A stretch of 64,000 bases of DNA from Saprospirales bacterium (GCA_016711605.1 JADJSS010000004.1:194320-258319), one strand, 5' to 3'. Shown: positions 1 through 11,307, counted from the first letter of the stretch. Translations and numbers: made by a program. Notes: generated by a model from the sequence alone, not told the origin.

Positions 1-70
1 TATTTATTTTTATAGATTTTTAGTTCTTCTATTTTTGGCTTATATTTGTTGCAGAATTTACTACTTATAT

Positions 71-979
71 ATGCATTTAAAACTTCAAGAAATCAAACAA
101 TATTTACTCGAACTGCAAAATTCTATTTGCAATGAATTAGAAAAAATAGATGGTAAAGCCAAATTTCAATCCGATGTTTGGCAGAGAACAGAAGGTGGTG
201 GTGGTGATTCGCGTGTTATTGAAAATGGTGCTGTTTTTGAAAAAGGTGGTGTCAATTTTTCACATGTATTTGGTGTGTTGCCTGATGTTTTGAAATCAGA
301 ATCGCGCAATGCAAATTATTTTCATGCAACAGGTGTATCTATTGTTATACATACACAAAATCCATTTGTGCCAATCATTCACATGAATGTGCGTTATTTT
401 TGTATGATGGAAAATGAAAATTCTGAAATTATTGACGAATGGTTTGGTGGTGGCATTGACGTATCACCAGCATATCCAAATGAAACAGATACGTTACATT
501 TACATCAAACGTTGAAAACTGCTTGTGATAAATTTGATGCTTCATTTTATCCAGCATTTAAAACCTGGTGCGATGACTATTTTACGATAAAACATAGAAA
601 TGAAATGCGTGGTGTAGGTGGAATTTTCTTCGATCATTTGCGACCCAAAAATGATGATGAAAAACAACATTTATTTTCTTTTTTACAAGCAATTGGAAAT
701 AGTTTTATTCCAATTTATAAAACCATAGTTGAAAATAATAAAGACATATCTTTTACCGATAAAAATAAAGAATGGCAGTTTATTCGTCGTGGCAGATATG
801 CCGAATTTAATTTAGTGTATGACAGAGGAACGCATTTTGGATTAAAAACTAACGGACGAATTGAGTCTATTTTAATGAGTTTGCCGCCACACGCAGCATG
901 GAAATATGATTATCATCCTGAAAAAAATAGTGAAGAAGAAAAAACATTAACATTTTTTCAACCAAAAAATTGGTTTTAA
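71..979 (+). CDS. hemF: oxygen-dependent coproporphyrinogen III oxidase
   Basis: ORF 35..979; HemF-type motifs along the whole length (RTEGGGGDSRVIENG, GVNFSHV, RRGRYAEFNLVYDRGT); the in-frame ATG at 71 gives the usual ~300 aa. Confidence 0.9.
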   Translation: MHLKLQEIKQYLLELQNSICNELEKIDGKAKFQSDVWQRTEGGGGDSRVIENGAVFEKGGVNFSHVFGVLPDVLKSESRNANYFHATGVSIVIHTQNPFVPIIHMNVRYFCMMENENSEIIDEWFGGGIDVSPAYPNETDTLHLHQTLKTACDKFDASFYPAFKTWCDDYFTIKHRNEMRGVGGIFFDHLRPKNDDEKQHLFSFLQAIGNSFIPIYKTIVENNKDISFTDKNKEWQFIRRGRYAEFNLVYDRGTHFGLKTNGRIESILMSLPPHAAWKYDYHPEKNSEEEKTLTFFQPKNWF

Positions 980-983
980 ATTT

Positions 984-2237
984 TTACGTTTTTTGTGGTT
1001 TCTTTTTTGCTGCTGGAAATAAAATATTATTTAGAATTAAGCGATAACCAGCCGAGTTTGGATGCAAATTTAAGTCTGTAACAGGATCGCCAACACGATG
1101 CTGATAATCTTCCGGATCATGTCCGCCGAAAAATGTCCATGTTCCTTTGCCTAAAACACCGTGAATATATTTTGCTTCGTTTAAACTTTTAGTTTCACCT
1201 AAAATCAATACATCAGATTTGATATATTGTTTTTTAAACGCAGTTGTTTGACCCATAAAACCTTTTATCATTTTCTCATGATCTTGCGTCAACATTGAAG
1301 GAATCTGATCCCATTTTGCAGAAAAATCAAATAACGAAAAATAATCCATTTCTTGTTTTACAGGTCGCATTTGAGAAACATCGATAGTTGAAAATTCGTA
1401 TTCGTACGGATTTGTACTTATCTGATAATTCTGAAATGCAAAACTATTGTCGAAATTTAATTTAGCTTGTGCATTTGGATTCATAGCATCATGATCAAAT
1501 TGAGTTGCACATATATCATTACCTTCTGCTGCCAACGCAATGTCATACGAGTCAGTCGCAGAACACATGGCAAACATAAAACCACCACCTAATACAAAGT
1601 CTTTTATTTTTTTTGCAACGGCTAATTTTTCTTGAGAAACCTTAGTAAAACCTAATAGTTTGGCTCTTTTTTCATAATCTGCAACTTGATTTTGATACCA
1701 CACAGCATTTTGATACATTGCCCAAAATTTACCGTACTGTCCTGTAAAATCTTCGTGATGCAAATGCAACCAATCGTATAAATGCAATTCATCACCTAAA
1801 ATTTCTTCATCATAAATAACTTTATAAGGAATCTCAGCATACGTTAATACTAAGGTTACTGCATCGTCCCATGGTTGATTTGTTTTTGGTGAATACACTG
1901 CCACTTTCGGTGGTTTTTCCAAACGCACCACATCCATATTTATTTCAGGATTTGCAATATCTGCTAAAATTTTACTCATTGCAGCATCTGCAACGGTTTC
2001 GTATTTCACATTTCTAATTAAACATTCTTTTTCAAAATTGGCATCGTATGGAAAAGCAAAACTTCCACCACGATAATTGAGCAACCAATCAACTGGAGAA
2101 TTTTTTGCTAAAATCCAATATGCAATTCCATATGCTTTTAAATGATTGGTTTGCGCATCATCCATTGGAATTAAAATAAATGAAGCCTTACCGTAAAGCG
2201 TAAGAAAGAGTAATATTGAAAAAAATAGTTTATTCAT
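984..2237 (-). CDS. conserved secreted protein of unknown function
   Basis: 417-aa ORF with an N-terminal signal peptide (MNKLFFSILLFLTLYG); uninterrupted; I recall similar Bacteroidota proteins but cannot assign a function. Confidence 0.5.
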   Translation of the reverse strand: MNKLFFSILLFLTLYGKASFILIPMDDAQTNHLKAYGIAYWILAKNSPVDWLLNYRGGSFAFPYDANFEKECLIRNVKYETVADAAMSKILADIANPEINMDVVRLEKPPKVAVYSPKTNQPWDDAVTLVLTYAEIPYKVIYDEEILGDELHLYDWLHLHHEDFTGQYGKFWAMYQNAVWYQNQVADYEKRAKLLGFTKVSQEKLAVAKKIKDFVLGGGFMFAMCSATDSYDIALAAEGNDICATQFDHDAMNPNAQAKLNFDNSFAFQNYQISTNPYEYEFSTIDVSQMRPVKQEMDYFSLFDFSAKWDQIPSMLTQDHEKMIKGFMGQTTAFKKQYIKSDVLILGETKSLNEAKYIHGVLGKGTWTFFGGHDPEDYQHRVGDPVTDLNLHPNSAGYRLILNNILFPAAKKKPQKT

Positions 2238-2288
2238 TGCTAATCAAAAATAATACAAAATTTATACCGATTTGGTTAATTTTTGTTT

Positions 2289-3809
2289 TTAATAACCATA
2301 ATGTGCGTACAAAATATCTATTGCAGCTTGTTGTGCTGGAAATGCTGCTTTTAATTTTGCTTTATAATCAGCAACACTTCTTAAGTCTGAACTAAATACA
2401 TTATATAATTGTGGAAACGTAATGTTTGATACATTATCGAATGTTTCATTGGTGCCATCATCTTGCAAATCGTGATAAACACCATAAGGTATAAAATCTA
2501 TTGCTGGTGTTTCATTATTTTCTAAATATTTTTGTTTATGATAAGTATAAAATAAACCAAAATTAGATAAATCTTCGGCCCAAGCTTCAGACATTCCAAT
2601 GATTCCTGAGTTAGGAAATGCAGCTTCGCCATAACCACCATGTGCATAAATATATTCTACATAAGGCAACCAAAATGCTGGACCAACTTTTGCATAATGG
2701 CTTGCATGCGATAATTCGTGAAACATAGTTTCTATAAAAGAAGAGCGTGCTGCAGTTGCATATCTGCTGTAAAAAGGCGCATATAAATCAGGTAATTGGT
2801 TTTTAATGACAGCTGCTAACGTTCCTGCAAGATTTGCAGGCAAACCAAATAAATTGCTTAATAATTGGGTTGGATTTGCAATATTTTGATCAGCCATATT
2901 ATGTAGCATTGGTGTTGCATAAGATGTGCTGATCGGCGCATCTTTTCCTAACCAAAATAAAAATTTCTGACTTGACATTTGAAAACCATAATGGTTAGCA
3001 AAGTCAACGTATTTATAAAAAGAATACAATGCAGCGCATGAATGCAATAATGCTGCATTATTAAATTCTCTACCAATTTCAATATTTAAATTGGTGAATG
3101 CGCACGATTTTTTAAATCCTAATGAATAAATATTTTGATTAAAAACACCAAAAATATTTGCAACATCTAACGTATGAATTTCTACATAACTGTTATCAAA
3201 CTTAATTAAAACTTCAACGGTATCTGATGTGATATTGGCACCGTAAATGGTGAAATTTCCTTTATCATCTGTGTAAGCATACGCTACTTTTGTTGCATCT
3301 TTTACAATGATGGCAATGTTTTTTAGTGGAACTTGTACACTATCAATTGGATCGAAAAAAGTAACATTTCCTTGAAATTGTTTGCCTTCTTCGCCATTTA
3401 TTTTTCCATCAATCGATTTTTTTTCAGGCATGTATAAATCCTTGATTTTTTCGTACTGATATTTTGAAATATTTACATTATTTGGCACAACACCATAATA
3501 AACAGCATAAGTTGCAGTGTGTTCTATTTTATATTGCAAGTTTTTGTCAGGAATCGCATCGAATGGATGGTCCAATAAAACCACACCGTTTGCTTCTAAA
3601 TTTCTATATTGTTCAATGTTAAACAAGCGGAATTTTACATATTGATGTGTTGAATTTCCTTGCAATAAAACTTCTGAAGTTGCTTCATACGGATTTTTAA
3701 ATTGATGTTTTATTTCTACTGTACATTCATCTTTTGGTGTTTTTGTATCACTTTTTTTGCAAGCAAAAATCACCAATGAAATAATGAAAATAAATAGCGT
3801 ACGATTCAT
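2289..3809 (-). CDS. putative lipoprotein zinc metalloprotease (HExxH)
   Basis: Lipoprotein-type signal ending in Cys (LVIFAC); HExxH motif (MFHELSHASH) in the C-terminal half. Confidence 0.5.
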   Translation of the reverse strand: MNRTLFIFIISLVIFACKKSDTKTPKDECTVEIKHQFKNPYEATSEVLLQGNSTHQYVKFRLFNIEQYRNLEANGVVLLDHPFDAIPDKNLQYKIEHTATYAVYYGVVPNNVNISKYQYEKIKDLYMPEKKSIDGKINGEEGKQFQGNVTFFDPIDSVQVPLKNIAIIVKDATKVAYAYTDDKGNFTIYGANITSDTVEVLIKFDNSYVEIHTLDVANIFGVFNQNIYSLGFKKSCAFTNLNIEIGREFNNAALLHSCAALYSFYKYVDFANHYGFQMSSQKFLFWLGKDAPISTSYATPMLHNMADQNIANPTQLLSNLFGLPANLAGTLAAVIKNQLPDLYAPFYSRYATAARSSFIETMFHELSHASHYAKVGPAFWLPYVEYIYAHGGYGEAAFPNSGIIGMSEAWAEDLSNFGLFYTYHKQKYLENNETPAIDFIPYGVYHDLQDDGTNETFDNVSNITFPQLYNVFSSDLRSVADYKAKLKAAFPAQQAAIDILYAHYGY

Positions 3810-3881
3810 GAAAAATATAGTTTATATAAAGATAGTAAAAAGATGTTGAGTTGATGATGAATTTGTTTTGAAATACTTTTC

Positions 3882-4514
3882 TTATTTCAAGAGTTTTTTC
3901 CAAATTAAAAATTCAATTAATAATAAATTTGGAATAAAACCTAACCATGCAACTAATCTGTAAACATCCATTGGTGCTGGCTGAAACAAGAATACCAAAA
4001 TATATTTCCATGCACGCAATGTGATGGCTGAAAGCGTAAGTGCATAACTTCTGTACATATAATTTTCATGGTTTTTAAAATCTTTTTTCAAAGCCAAACG
4101 AAATGCTTTTGCTGTAAAATAAATCCATAAAATATCTAAAAATAAAAAACCAATTTTTGATGTATAACCACCGTTTGCATAGATTGCCATAATAAAACCA
4201 GAAGGTCCTGTTAAAAATAAAATTACGAATACATATAACTTTCCGATGTTTCTATGAGTTTTTTTATGGTTTTTTAGAATGTATTTTGAAAACTGTGTGA
4301 AGCCAGCAAGTAAAGCAAACATGCTTGTAAAAACATGTGTAAAAAATGCAATTCGCCAAGGAATGATGTTTATGTAATCTTGCTTAATGCGCAGAAAAGC
4401 AACATCTAAATTGATTGGAATATATTGCAATGTGATGCGCAACATAAGAAAAGAAAAAAATGCAAGTAATAATAAAAGCAGCGCAGAACTATATGTTTTT
4501 AATTTGGAATTCAT
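3882..4514 (-). CDS. DUF2306-like integral membrane protein
   Basis: 210-aa ORF with about 5-6 hydrophobic helices; the FTHVF...HRNIGKLY pattern resembles DUF2306. Confidence 0.5.
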   Translation of the reverse strand: MNSKLKTYSSALLLLLLAFFSFLMLRITLQYIPINLDVAFLRIKQDYINIIPWRIAFFTHVFTSMFALLAGFTQFSKYILKNHKKTHRNIGKLYVFVILFLTGPSGFIMAIYANGGYTSKIGFLFLDILWIYFTAKAFRLALKKDFKNHENYMYRSYALTLSAITLRAWKYILVFLFQPAPMDVYRLVAWLGFIPNLLLIEFLIWKKLLK

Positions 4515-4529
4515 TACTTTTAAGCTACT

Positions 4530-5468
4530 ATGAAGAATCTAATTTATATTTTTATTGTGATGTTGCTGTTTGCACAATGCAATAATCAAAATTCAACAGA
4601 CAAAACTACTGAAAAAACACCAGTAGTTGCAGTTTCAACAGATAGTTTAACGGTTGTTGAAATAGTAGATATAAGATCTGAAAAAGATATTTTAGGTATG
4701 TGGTCTGGTGCATTTGACAGTACAAAAATTCTGAAAGAAATTGGTGATACTATTTTTAATATCGAAGATTTTCAGACTGATTATTGGGAAGAATCTGCAG
4801 TGAAAAAATTACCTAAACAGTATCAAAAATTCTTTTATAAAGATCCGTTGTATGGTTATATGAGTTTGCAAACACCAAACAAAATCAGTATTAAAATTGA
4901 AAAATTAGAAAAGGGTGTTTTTTCAGGAAAATCAATTTGTTCTGGGTTTGAAAGAACTTTAAATGGTACGTTCACCAGAGATAAAAATACAATTCAAATT
5001 ATTTGTAAAGAACCTGGTGATGAAAAATATGATGGTGAATTTAATTTAGTTATTGATATGGATAGCTCAACGTTAATAGGTACTTGGAAGCCATTTAATG
5101 ATTCTGTTTCTGAGCAAAAAACATTATCGATGAGTCGTAAAGATTTCAAATATATACCTAATGCAGAAGAATTTAATATTGATAAAGAACTTTTAGATAA
5201 AAATGTTTCAACAGATATTTTAAAAACAAAAGAAGTTGAAAATCAATCGAAACAACGTTTAAGAATGTTGCGCAATTTAATTTATGCACGACATGGTTAT
5301 ACTTTTAAGAACAAGGACGTGCGCAATATTTTTGAAGGTTATGAATGGTATTTACCTGTTTCTGCTGATGTACGCGATTTGCTTTCACCAATTGAAAAAC
5401 AAAACGAAGCATTGATGAAACGCTATGAAGATTATGCGAAAAGTTATTATGATGATTTTGGAAGATAA
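4530..5468 (+). CDS. YARHG domain-containing lipoprotein
   Basis: Signal/lipobox (LLFAQC); C-terminal LIYARHGYTFKN...YEWY motif typical of the YARHG domain. Confidence 0.7.
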   Translation: MKNLIYIFIVMLLFAQCNNQNSTDKTTEKTPVVAVSTDSLTVVEIVDIRSEKDILGMWSGAFDSTKILKEIGDTIFNIEDFQTDYWEESAVKKLPKQYQKFFYKDPLYGYMSLQTPNKISIKIEKLEKGVFSGKSICSGFERTLNGTFTRDKNTIQIICKEPGDEKYDGEFNLVIDMDSSTLIGTWKPFNDSVSEQKTLSMSRKDFKYIPNAEEFNIDKELLDKNVSTDILKTKEVENQSKQRLRMLRNLIYARHGYTFKNKDVRNIFEGYEWYLPVSADVRDLLSPIEKQNEALMKRYEDYAKSYYDDFGR

Positions 5469-5505
5469 TTAAAAAATTACAAGTTGCTAAAATTAGAAGA
5501 ATATT

Positions 5506-6213
5506 TTATGTAAGATAAATGTCTTGCTTACAAAGTTTGTTATTTATAAAAGTTTCGACTAAAACTTGATTATTGTCTGATAATTTTGTTGTGAATACTA
5601 CATCTTGTTTGTTGAGTTTTTGATTGGTGCATATACTACAACTTAATAAATCATGATTAATTGAAAAGAAAAAACAAATATCATCAGCAGTATTATTTAA
5701 AATCTGAAAATCTTTATAACCATATACAATTGTTGCATCTGAACCTAATGGCGCAAATCGAGTATTGTTATCATAAATATCCTTGCTGTGATGATGTCTT
5801 TCTATTATTTTAATATTAGTTTGTAAGCAAAGATGATACATAATCCAAGGCAATTGACATAAGCCGCCGCCAACTTCAGGAACTACTTTTCCATCTTTTA
5901 TACTTCTGCTTTCTTTGTATCCATTTTTTATAGATGGATTGCCAACAACCTTGTTAAACGAAAATATTTTTTGTGTAGGAATTACTAAGTAGTTAATTTT
6001 TTCTATTGCAATATTTAGGTTTTCGATTTTGTTGTCGAAATACTCATTTTGCATTATTTTTTGTGTAATTGTATGTTGAACTGGTAAATCTTTCTTAGTT
6101 CCATATACAGAAATAATTTTTTTAAATTTTCCATTTAACGTATTTTTTATGTTTAAGAAACAGAGTTTGATTAATAACTTAAACGATGATGGTATGTATT
6201 TTTTTATGCTCAT
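5506..6213 (-). CDS. VanW family protein
   Basis: VanW-like core with GGGLCQ motif; start overlaps the stop of the upstream methyltransferase by 4 nt (ATGA). Confidence 0.6.
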   Translation of the reverse strand: MSIKKYIPSSFKLLIKLCFLNIKNTLNGKFKKIISVYGTKKDLPVQHTITQKIMQNEYFDNKIENLNIAIEKINYLVIPTQKIFSFNKVVGNPSIKNGYKESRSIKDGKVVPEVGGGLCQLPWIMYHLCLQTNIKIIERHHHSKDIYDNNTRFAPLGSDATIVYGYKDFQILNNTADDICFFFSINHDLLSCSICTNQKLNKQDVVFTTKLSDNNQVLVETFINNKLCKQDIYLT

Positions 6214-6869
6214 TTCTTTTTAGCGTAGATGCAATAATATGATGCATGTTTTTTTAAGAAACTGTTGCAAAGTAAGATGTCAAGCCATAAAAAATATCGT
6301 CGCAATGAAATAGGTATGCGATGAATTGGTAAAAATAAAATGCCTTTGTATGAAATAATATCAAACTTATTTTCTAATAACTTACTGATTTCTTCAATAG
6401 AATAAGATGTATTGGCGTGCCAACCATCTTTTTTGCTTTTTCTGAAAGGTGATAAAATATCAAAAATAAAAACTCCGTTTGTATCTAATTTATTGTAAAT
6501 AAAATTAATTGTTTCTTTGAATTCATTTTTAGATAAATGCATAATTACGTGAAAAGAATAAATTGCAGTCATAGAATTATTCTCTATTAGCAATCCATTT
6601 TTATCTAACAGAAAATATTTTTTAGCAGGATTTTTTTGTTGTGCTAGTTGCAACATTTTTTCGCTGATATCCATTCCTGAATTTGCAAATTCAGACAATC
6701 TTCCTGTGCCACAACCATAATCTAAAATAGTTTCTTTATTCATTCCAATCAACCATTTGGCTAATATTTTTCGTTCTTCAGCATCAATAAATTTACCATA
6801 CGAATTTCCAAACCTATTTTTGTCATAGTTATTTGCAATCGAATTATAGTATTCTTTAACTTCAGACAT
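6210..6869 (-). CDS. class I SAM-dependent methyltransferase
   Basis: SAM-binding motif LDYGCGTGR; the ORF extends to 6899 but that N-terminus runs into a terminator hairpin, so the MSEVKEYY start at 6869 is more likely. Confidence 0.75.
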   Translation of the reverse strand: MSEVKEYYNSIANNYDKNRFGNSYGKFIDAEERKILAKWLIGMNKETILDYGCGTGRLSEFANSGMDISEKMLQLAQQKNPAKKYFLLDKNGLLIENNSMTAIYSFHVIMHLSKNEFKETINFIYNKLDTNGVFIFDILSPFRKSKKDGWHANTSYSIEEISKLLENKFDIISYKGILFLPIHRIPISLRRYFLWLDILLCNSFLKKHASYYCIYAKKK

Positions 6870-6888
6870 ACTTGCTAAAATATAAAAA

Positions 6889-6926
6889 AAGACTTGCAAT
6901 ATTTACTTGCAAGTCTTAAAAAAAAA
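6889..6926. terminator. hairpin terminator downstream of icd
   Basis: AAGACTTGCAA / TTGCAAGTCTT 11-bp stem flanked by A/T runs on both sides. Confidence 0.6.
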
Positions 6927-6959
6927 TGGGAATAAGTATATTGTTCTTATTGCTCGTTT

Positions 6960-8228
6960 CTAAAAATTCTTAATAATAGCTTCGCCAAATTCAGAACATT
7001 TTAATAATGTTGCGCCTTCCATCAAACGGTGGAAATCATACGTTACTGTTTTATCTTCAATAGCTTTTTCCATGCCTTTGATAATTAAATTTGCAGCTTC
7101 AATCCAACCCATAAATTCAAACATCATCACACCTGATAATATTACCGAACTTGGATTTACTTTATCCAAACCAGCATATTTTGGTGCAGTACCATGTGTT
7201 GCTTCAAAAATTGCCATACCAGTTAAGTAGTTGATATTTGCACCAGGCGCAATACCAATTCCACCAACCAAGGCAGCCAACGCATCAGAAATATAATCGC
7301 CATTTAAGTTTAAGGTAGCAACAACATCATAGTCTTCTGGACGCAAAATAATTTGTTGTAAAAAGTTATCAGCAATCGCATCTTTGATAATTAATTTACC
7401 ATCTGCTTCTGCTTTTTTCATTGCAGCGTTTGCTTCTTCTTGTCCTTCTTCTGCTAAAATTTTATCATACTGATTCCAAGTAAAAACTTTATCTGCGTAT
7501 TCGCGTTCAGCCAATTTGTAGGCCCATTCTTTGAATTTACCTTCGGTAAATTTCATGATGTTGCCTTTGTGTACTATAGTTACTGATTTGCGTTTGTGTG
7601 CCAATGCATAATTCATTGCAGAACGCATTAATCGTTCAGTACCTTCTAAGGAAACTGGTTTAATTCCTAAAGATGATGTTTCAGGAAAACGAATTTTATC
7701 ACCAATATTCATTTCTGTTTGTAAGAAATGTAATAATTTTTTGCATTCATCGGTTCCTTCCATCCATTCAATTCCTGAGTAAATATCTTCTGTATTTTCA
7801 CGGAAAATAACCATATCTACTTTCTCAGGAACTTTTGAATTTGATGGTACACCATTAAAATAACGAACAGGTCGAACACAAGCGTATAAATCTAACATTT
7901 GACGTAATGCTACATTTAAAGAACGAATGCCACCACCAACTGGCGTTGTTAAAGGTCCTTTTATACCAATTAAATTTTCTGTGATAACTGTTAATGTTTC
8001 ATCAGGTAACCAAGAACCCGTTTGTTTGTATGCTTTTTCACCAGCTAATACTTCTTTCCAGTGTATTTTTTTTGTTCCACCGTAAGCTTTTTCAACTGCT
8101 GCGTCTAACACACGAACTGAAGAAGCCCAAATATCTGGACCCGTTCCGTCGCCTTCTATAAATGGAATTATTGGTTCATTTGGCACATGTAAGTGTCCGT
8201 CTTTCATCGTGATTTTTTCTGCTGACAT
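6960..8228 (-). CDS. icd: NADP-dependent isocitrate dehydrogenase
   Basis: 422 aa; E. coli-type IDH signature regions ([34 protein letters not shown]). Confidence 0.95.
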   Translation of the reverse strand: MSAEKITMKDGHLHVPNEPIIPFIEGDGTGPDIWASSVRVLDAAVEKAYGGTKKIHWKEVLAGEKAYKQTGSWLPDETLTVITENLIGIKGPLTTPVGGGIRSLNVALRQMLDLYACVRPVRYFNGVPSNSKVPEKVDMVIFRENTEDIYSGIEWMEGTDECKKLLHFLQTEMNIGDKIRFPETSSLGIKPVSLEGTERLMRSAMNYALAHKRKSVTIVHKGNIMKFTEGKFKEWAYKLAEREYADKVFTWNQYDKILAEEGQEEANAAMKKAEADGKLIIKDAIADNFLQQIILRPEDYDVVATLNLNGDYISDALAALVGGIGIAPGANINYLTGMAIFEATHGTAPKYAGLDKVNPSSVILSGVMMFEFMGWIEAANLIIKGMEKAIEDKTVTYDFHRLMEGATLLKCSEFGEAIIKNF

Positions 8229-8394
8229 ATTATTTTTGTTTATTAATTTTTAGGTTAAAGAATTTTAGTTTTCAGTTCGCAAATATACAAAACATACAGT
8301 CATTAACATAAAATTTACAGAGATTGTTTGTGAAGAAATGTGAAAAAATGCTGTTTTAGTAAAAAAAATTAATTGGTAATTGTAATTTACAAAC

Positions 8395-9255
8395 ATGAAT
8401 AAAATTGTATTTATTTTTTTGTTTCTATCGTTTCAAAGTTCCTTTTCTCAGGAAATAAAAATAATGGCATGGAATATTTTTATGGTTCCGCCAATGATTT
8501 TTAAATCATGTCAAACTGAAAGAGCATATTTAATTGCTGAATATATAAAAGTACAAAACCCTGATATTTTGGTTTTAGAAGAAACATTTATGAAGAGCAC
8601 CAGAAATATTATTAATGATAGTTTAAAAATGATTTATCCATTTCAATCGTCGATTACTAAACCTGGCTTTTTTAAATCTAATAGTGGTGTCTGGATTTTA
8701 AGTAAATATCCAATTGAAAGACAGGCATTCATCACCTATAAAAATAAAACCAGCTCTGATGTTTTTGCCCAAAAAGGAGCTACATTTTTACAACTTGATA
8801 TTTTAAATAAAAAAATACAAATTATTGGAACACATACACAAAGTTTAAATAAAAATGTGTTTGTTAGATTTAAACAATTTAAGCAGTTAAAAACAAAATT
8901 ATTGGATGTTTATATAGATGATACGATTCCGCAATTTATTATTGGTGATTTAAATAGCAATTATTATGATTCTGTTGAATACAATGCAATGATTCAAACT
9001 TTAGAAACTTTACCAGTTAGTTTTAATGGTGAAAAATTCAGTTGGAATGGTTTGGAAAATGATTTAGCGAATAAATTTTCGGAACATTCACTGGAAACAT
9101 TAGATTATATTTTATTGCGAAAACAACATGAGAACATCGCAGAAATTATTTCAACAGAAATTTTAAAACCTACTAAAGACACTTGTTTTTGTAAATATAA
9201 ATTCCAAAATTTATCTGATCACCATCCGATTATTTCTACTATTAAATTGAAGTAA
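8395..9255 (+). CDS. secreted endonuclease/exonuclease/phosphatase family protein (sphingomyelinase-like)
   Basis: Signal peptide; EEP motifs (WNIFM, LVLEE, GTHTQS, GDLN, LDYILL, SDHHPI). Confidence 0.75.
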   Translation: MNKIVFIFLFLSFQSSFSQEIKIMAWNIFMVPPMIFKSCQTERAYLIAEYIKVQNPDILVLEETFMKSTRNIINDSLKMIYPFQSSITKPGFFKSNSGVWILSKYPIERQAFITYKNKTSSDVFAQKGATFLQLDILNKKIQIIGTHTQSLNKNVFVRFKQFKQLKTKLLDVYIDDTIPQFIIGDLNSNYYDSVEYNAMIQTLETLPVSFNGEKFSWNGLENDLANKFSEHSLETLDYILLRKQHENIAEIISTEILKPTKDTCFCKYKFQNLSDHHPIISTIKLK

Positions 9256-9270
9256 AATCAATTAAATATT

Positions 9271-9414
9271 TTAACCACTTAAGAAGCTTAAGAAACGGAG
9301 ATTAAGTATTATAAGAGAACAAAAATATCCAATATTTGAAAACTTAGCTTTCTTATATTTTACTTTGATATTCTGGAATCTGCTTTTGCTTCTTCAGTTT
9401 CTTCAGTAGTTTAA
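9271..9414. repeat. MITE-like intergenic element (~144 bp) with imperfect terminal inverted repeats
   Basis: Left end TTAACCACTTAAGAAGCTTAAGAAAC; reverse complement of right end TTAAACTACTGAAGAAACTGAAGAAG; related in ends, length and internal AGCTTAG-TTTCTT core to 50025..50166. Confidence 0.5.
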
Positions 9415-9501
9415 AAAGGTGTCAAAATTCTTAGTATTTAAATATGATTTTACTTTTATCTTTTTCAAAAATCCTTATTCTATTTATTTATCTTTGCAAT
9501 C

Positions 9502-10527
9502 ATGCAAAATCCAAACTTAGATGCTACTGGCGATTTTCTTTCTAAATCCGAAAAAGATTTGGAAAAAGTGTTGCGTCCGCAAGCATTTGAGCAATTTTCT
9601 GGTCAACCACAAATTATAGAAAATCTCAATATTTTTATTCAGGCAGCCAAGCAACGCGATGAAGCACTCGACCATGTGTTGTTGCATGGACCACCAGGTT
9701 TAGGTAAAACTACTTTGTCAAATATTATTGCAAATGAATTAGGTGTGGAAATGAAAACTACATCTGGTCCAGTATTAGAAAAACCAGGTGATTTAGCAGG
9801 TTTGCTTACTAATTTGCAGCCAAATGATGTGTTGTTTATCGATGAAATTCACCGTTTAAATACGACGATAGAAGAGTACTTGTATTCTGCGATGGAAGAT
9901 TATAAGATTGATATTATGATTGATTCTGGACCAAGTGCAAGAAGTATTCAGATTACGCTGAATCCTTTTACGCTGATTGGTGCTACAACACGTTCAGGTT
10001 TGTTGACAGCACCGTTGCGTGCTAGATTCGGAATCAATTTTAGACTAGAATATTACAATAAAGATGTGTTGAAGAAAATTATCAAACGATCTTCTTCTAT
10101 TTTAAATACTGAAATTGATGAAAAAGGTGCAAGTGAAATTGCAAAACGTAGTCGCGGAACACCACGTATTGCAAATGCATTGCTACGTCGTGTAAGAGAT
10201 TTTGCTCAAATAAAAGGCAATGGAAAAATTGATTTAGAAATTGCAAAATATGCGTTGTCGCAATTAAATGTAGATGAACATGGTTTAGATGAAATGGATA
10301 ATAAAATTTTGTCTGCAATTATTGAAAAATTTGCTGGTGGTCCAGTTGGAATTAATACGATTGCTACAGCAGTAGGTGAGGAAAGTGGTACAATTGAAGA
10401 AGTGTATGAACCATTTTTGATACAAGAAGGATATTTAAAACGAACGCAACGTGGTCGCGAAGCCACCGCAAAAGCATATACGCATATTGGAAAAATTCCA
10501 CCACAACAAACAGGAAGTTTGTTTTAA
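9502..10527 (+). CDS. ruvB: Holliday junction branch migration DNA helicase RuvB
   Basis: Walker [15 protein letters not shown], full-length RuvB pattern. Confidence 0.95.
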   Translation: MQNPNLDATGDFLSKSEKDLEKVLRPQAFEQFSGQPQIIENLNIFIQAAKQRDEALDHVLLHGPPGLGKTTLSNIIANELGVEMKTTSGPVLEKPGDLAGLLTNLQPNDVLFIDEIHRLNTTIEEYLYSAMEDYKIDIMIDSGPSARSIQITLNPFTLIGATTRSGLLTAPLRARFGINFRLEYYNKDVLKKIIKRSSSILNTEIDEKGASEIAKRSRGTPRIANALLRRVRDFAQIKGNGKIDLEIAKYALSQLNVDEHGLDEMDNKILSAIIEKFAGGPVGINTIATAVGEESGTIEEVYEPFLIQEGYLKRTQRGREATAKAYTHIGKIPPQQTGSLF

Positions 10528-10536
10528 TTTTCTGAA

Positions 10537-11037
10537 ATGAGATTGTTTTTTATAGCTTGTTTATGCTTGGTTTTTGTTGGATGTAAATCGAATAAAAATG
10601 ATATTAATGAACAAGAGAAAGTAAGTACTGAAGAGAAATTTGATTCAGTGATAATCAAAAATATAGAGAAAATTCAAACTTCGAAAAATAATTATACAGA
10701 TTCATTAGAACGAGCAAAAATATTTAGTAAAATTAGTACTTGGGAAATTCATGGAACAGAACCGTTTTGGAATATTTCGTTAATTAATAACAAAATGCTA
10801 TTTACTAAACTAAATGAAAATATAGATACTGTTTATTTTAGAATAGATGATTTTCTTATCGTTGAAAACAATATTTTATTTAAATTGCAAGATATTAATA
10901 ATAAAAAAGCATATTTAAATTTAGAAAGGAAATCTAATTCAGTTTCAGATGGAATGAGCGATAATTTGTATAATTTTTCTGCTATATTTAAATACAATGA
11001 TATAGAATTAATAGGTGTTGCCGAAAAGATAAAATAA
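10537..11037 (+). CDS. hypothetical lipoprotein
   Basis: Lipobox LVFVGC; no recognisable domain. Confidence 0.5.
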   Translation: MRLFFIACLCLVFVGCKSNKNDINEQEKVSTEEKFDSVIIKNIEKIQTSKNNYTDSLERAKIFSKISTWEIHGTEPFWNISLINNKMLFTKLNENIDTVYFRIDDFLIVENNILFKLQDINNKKAYLNLERKSNSVSDGMSDNLYNFSAIFKYNDIELIGVAEKIK

Positions 11038-11246
11038 TGGAAAATAAACTTATAAAAATAGCAAATTACTACAATAATTTCGATGTTGAATTAGCAAAAT
11101 TGAAATTAGAAGAAAACGATATTTATTGTTTTATAAAAAATGAAAATATTGCTCAATTGCAATTTGGTATTGCCAATTTTGAATTAATGGTAAATGAAAG
11201 TGACAAAGAAATTGCACTTCAAATTTTACATGAAAAAGAAGAATAG
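11037..11246 (+). CDS. DUF2007-like small protein
   Basis: 69 aa; start overlaps the upstream stop (TAATG); pattern resembles DUF2007. Confidence 0.45.
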   Translation: MENKLIKIANYYNNFDVELAKLKLEENDIYCFIKNENIAQLQFGIANFELMVNESDKEIALQILHEKEE

Positions 11247-11271
11247 ATTAACAAATTTCTTCAAAAAAAGT

Positions 11272-11307
11272 GAACCTGTAAGACATTATGGGAAAGCTTA
11301 CAGGTTC
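11272..11307. terminator. bidirectional hairpin between convergent genes
   Basis: GAACCTGTAAG / CTTACAGGTTC 11-bp perfect stem. Confidence 0.6.

Noticed and set aside
10097-10466. Antisense ORFs inside ruvB, and analogous ones inside other genes (15928-16158, 16367-16573, 17333-17530, 17862-18054, 19487-20092, 26765-27016, 28302-28799, 29404-29730, 34958-35179, 36151-36360, 39422-39736, 39937-40332, 41621-41890, 42935-43156, 43341-43722, 45209-45611, 46972-47211, 48281-48523, 49223-49489, 53527-54081, 57817-58674, 60489-60770, 62672-62941)
   Set aside because: Each lies entirely within, and opposite to or out of frame with, a longer ORF that has strong family motifs. Their compositions are low-complexity shadows of the real frame.
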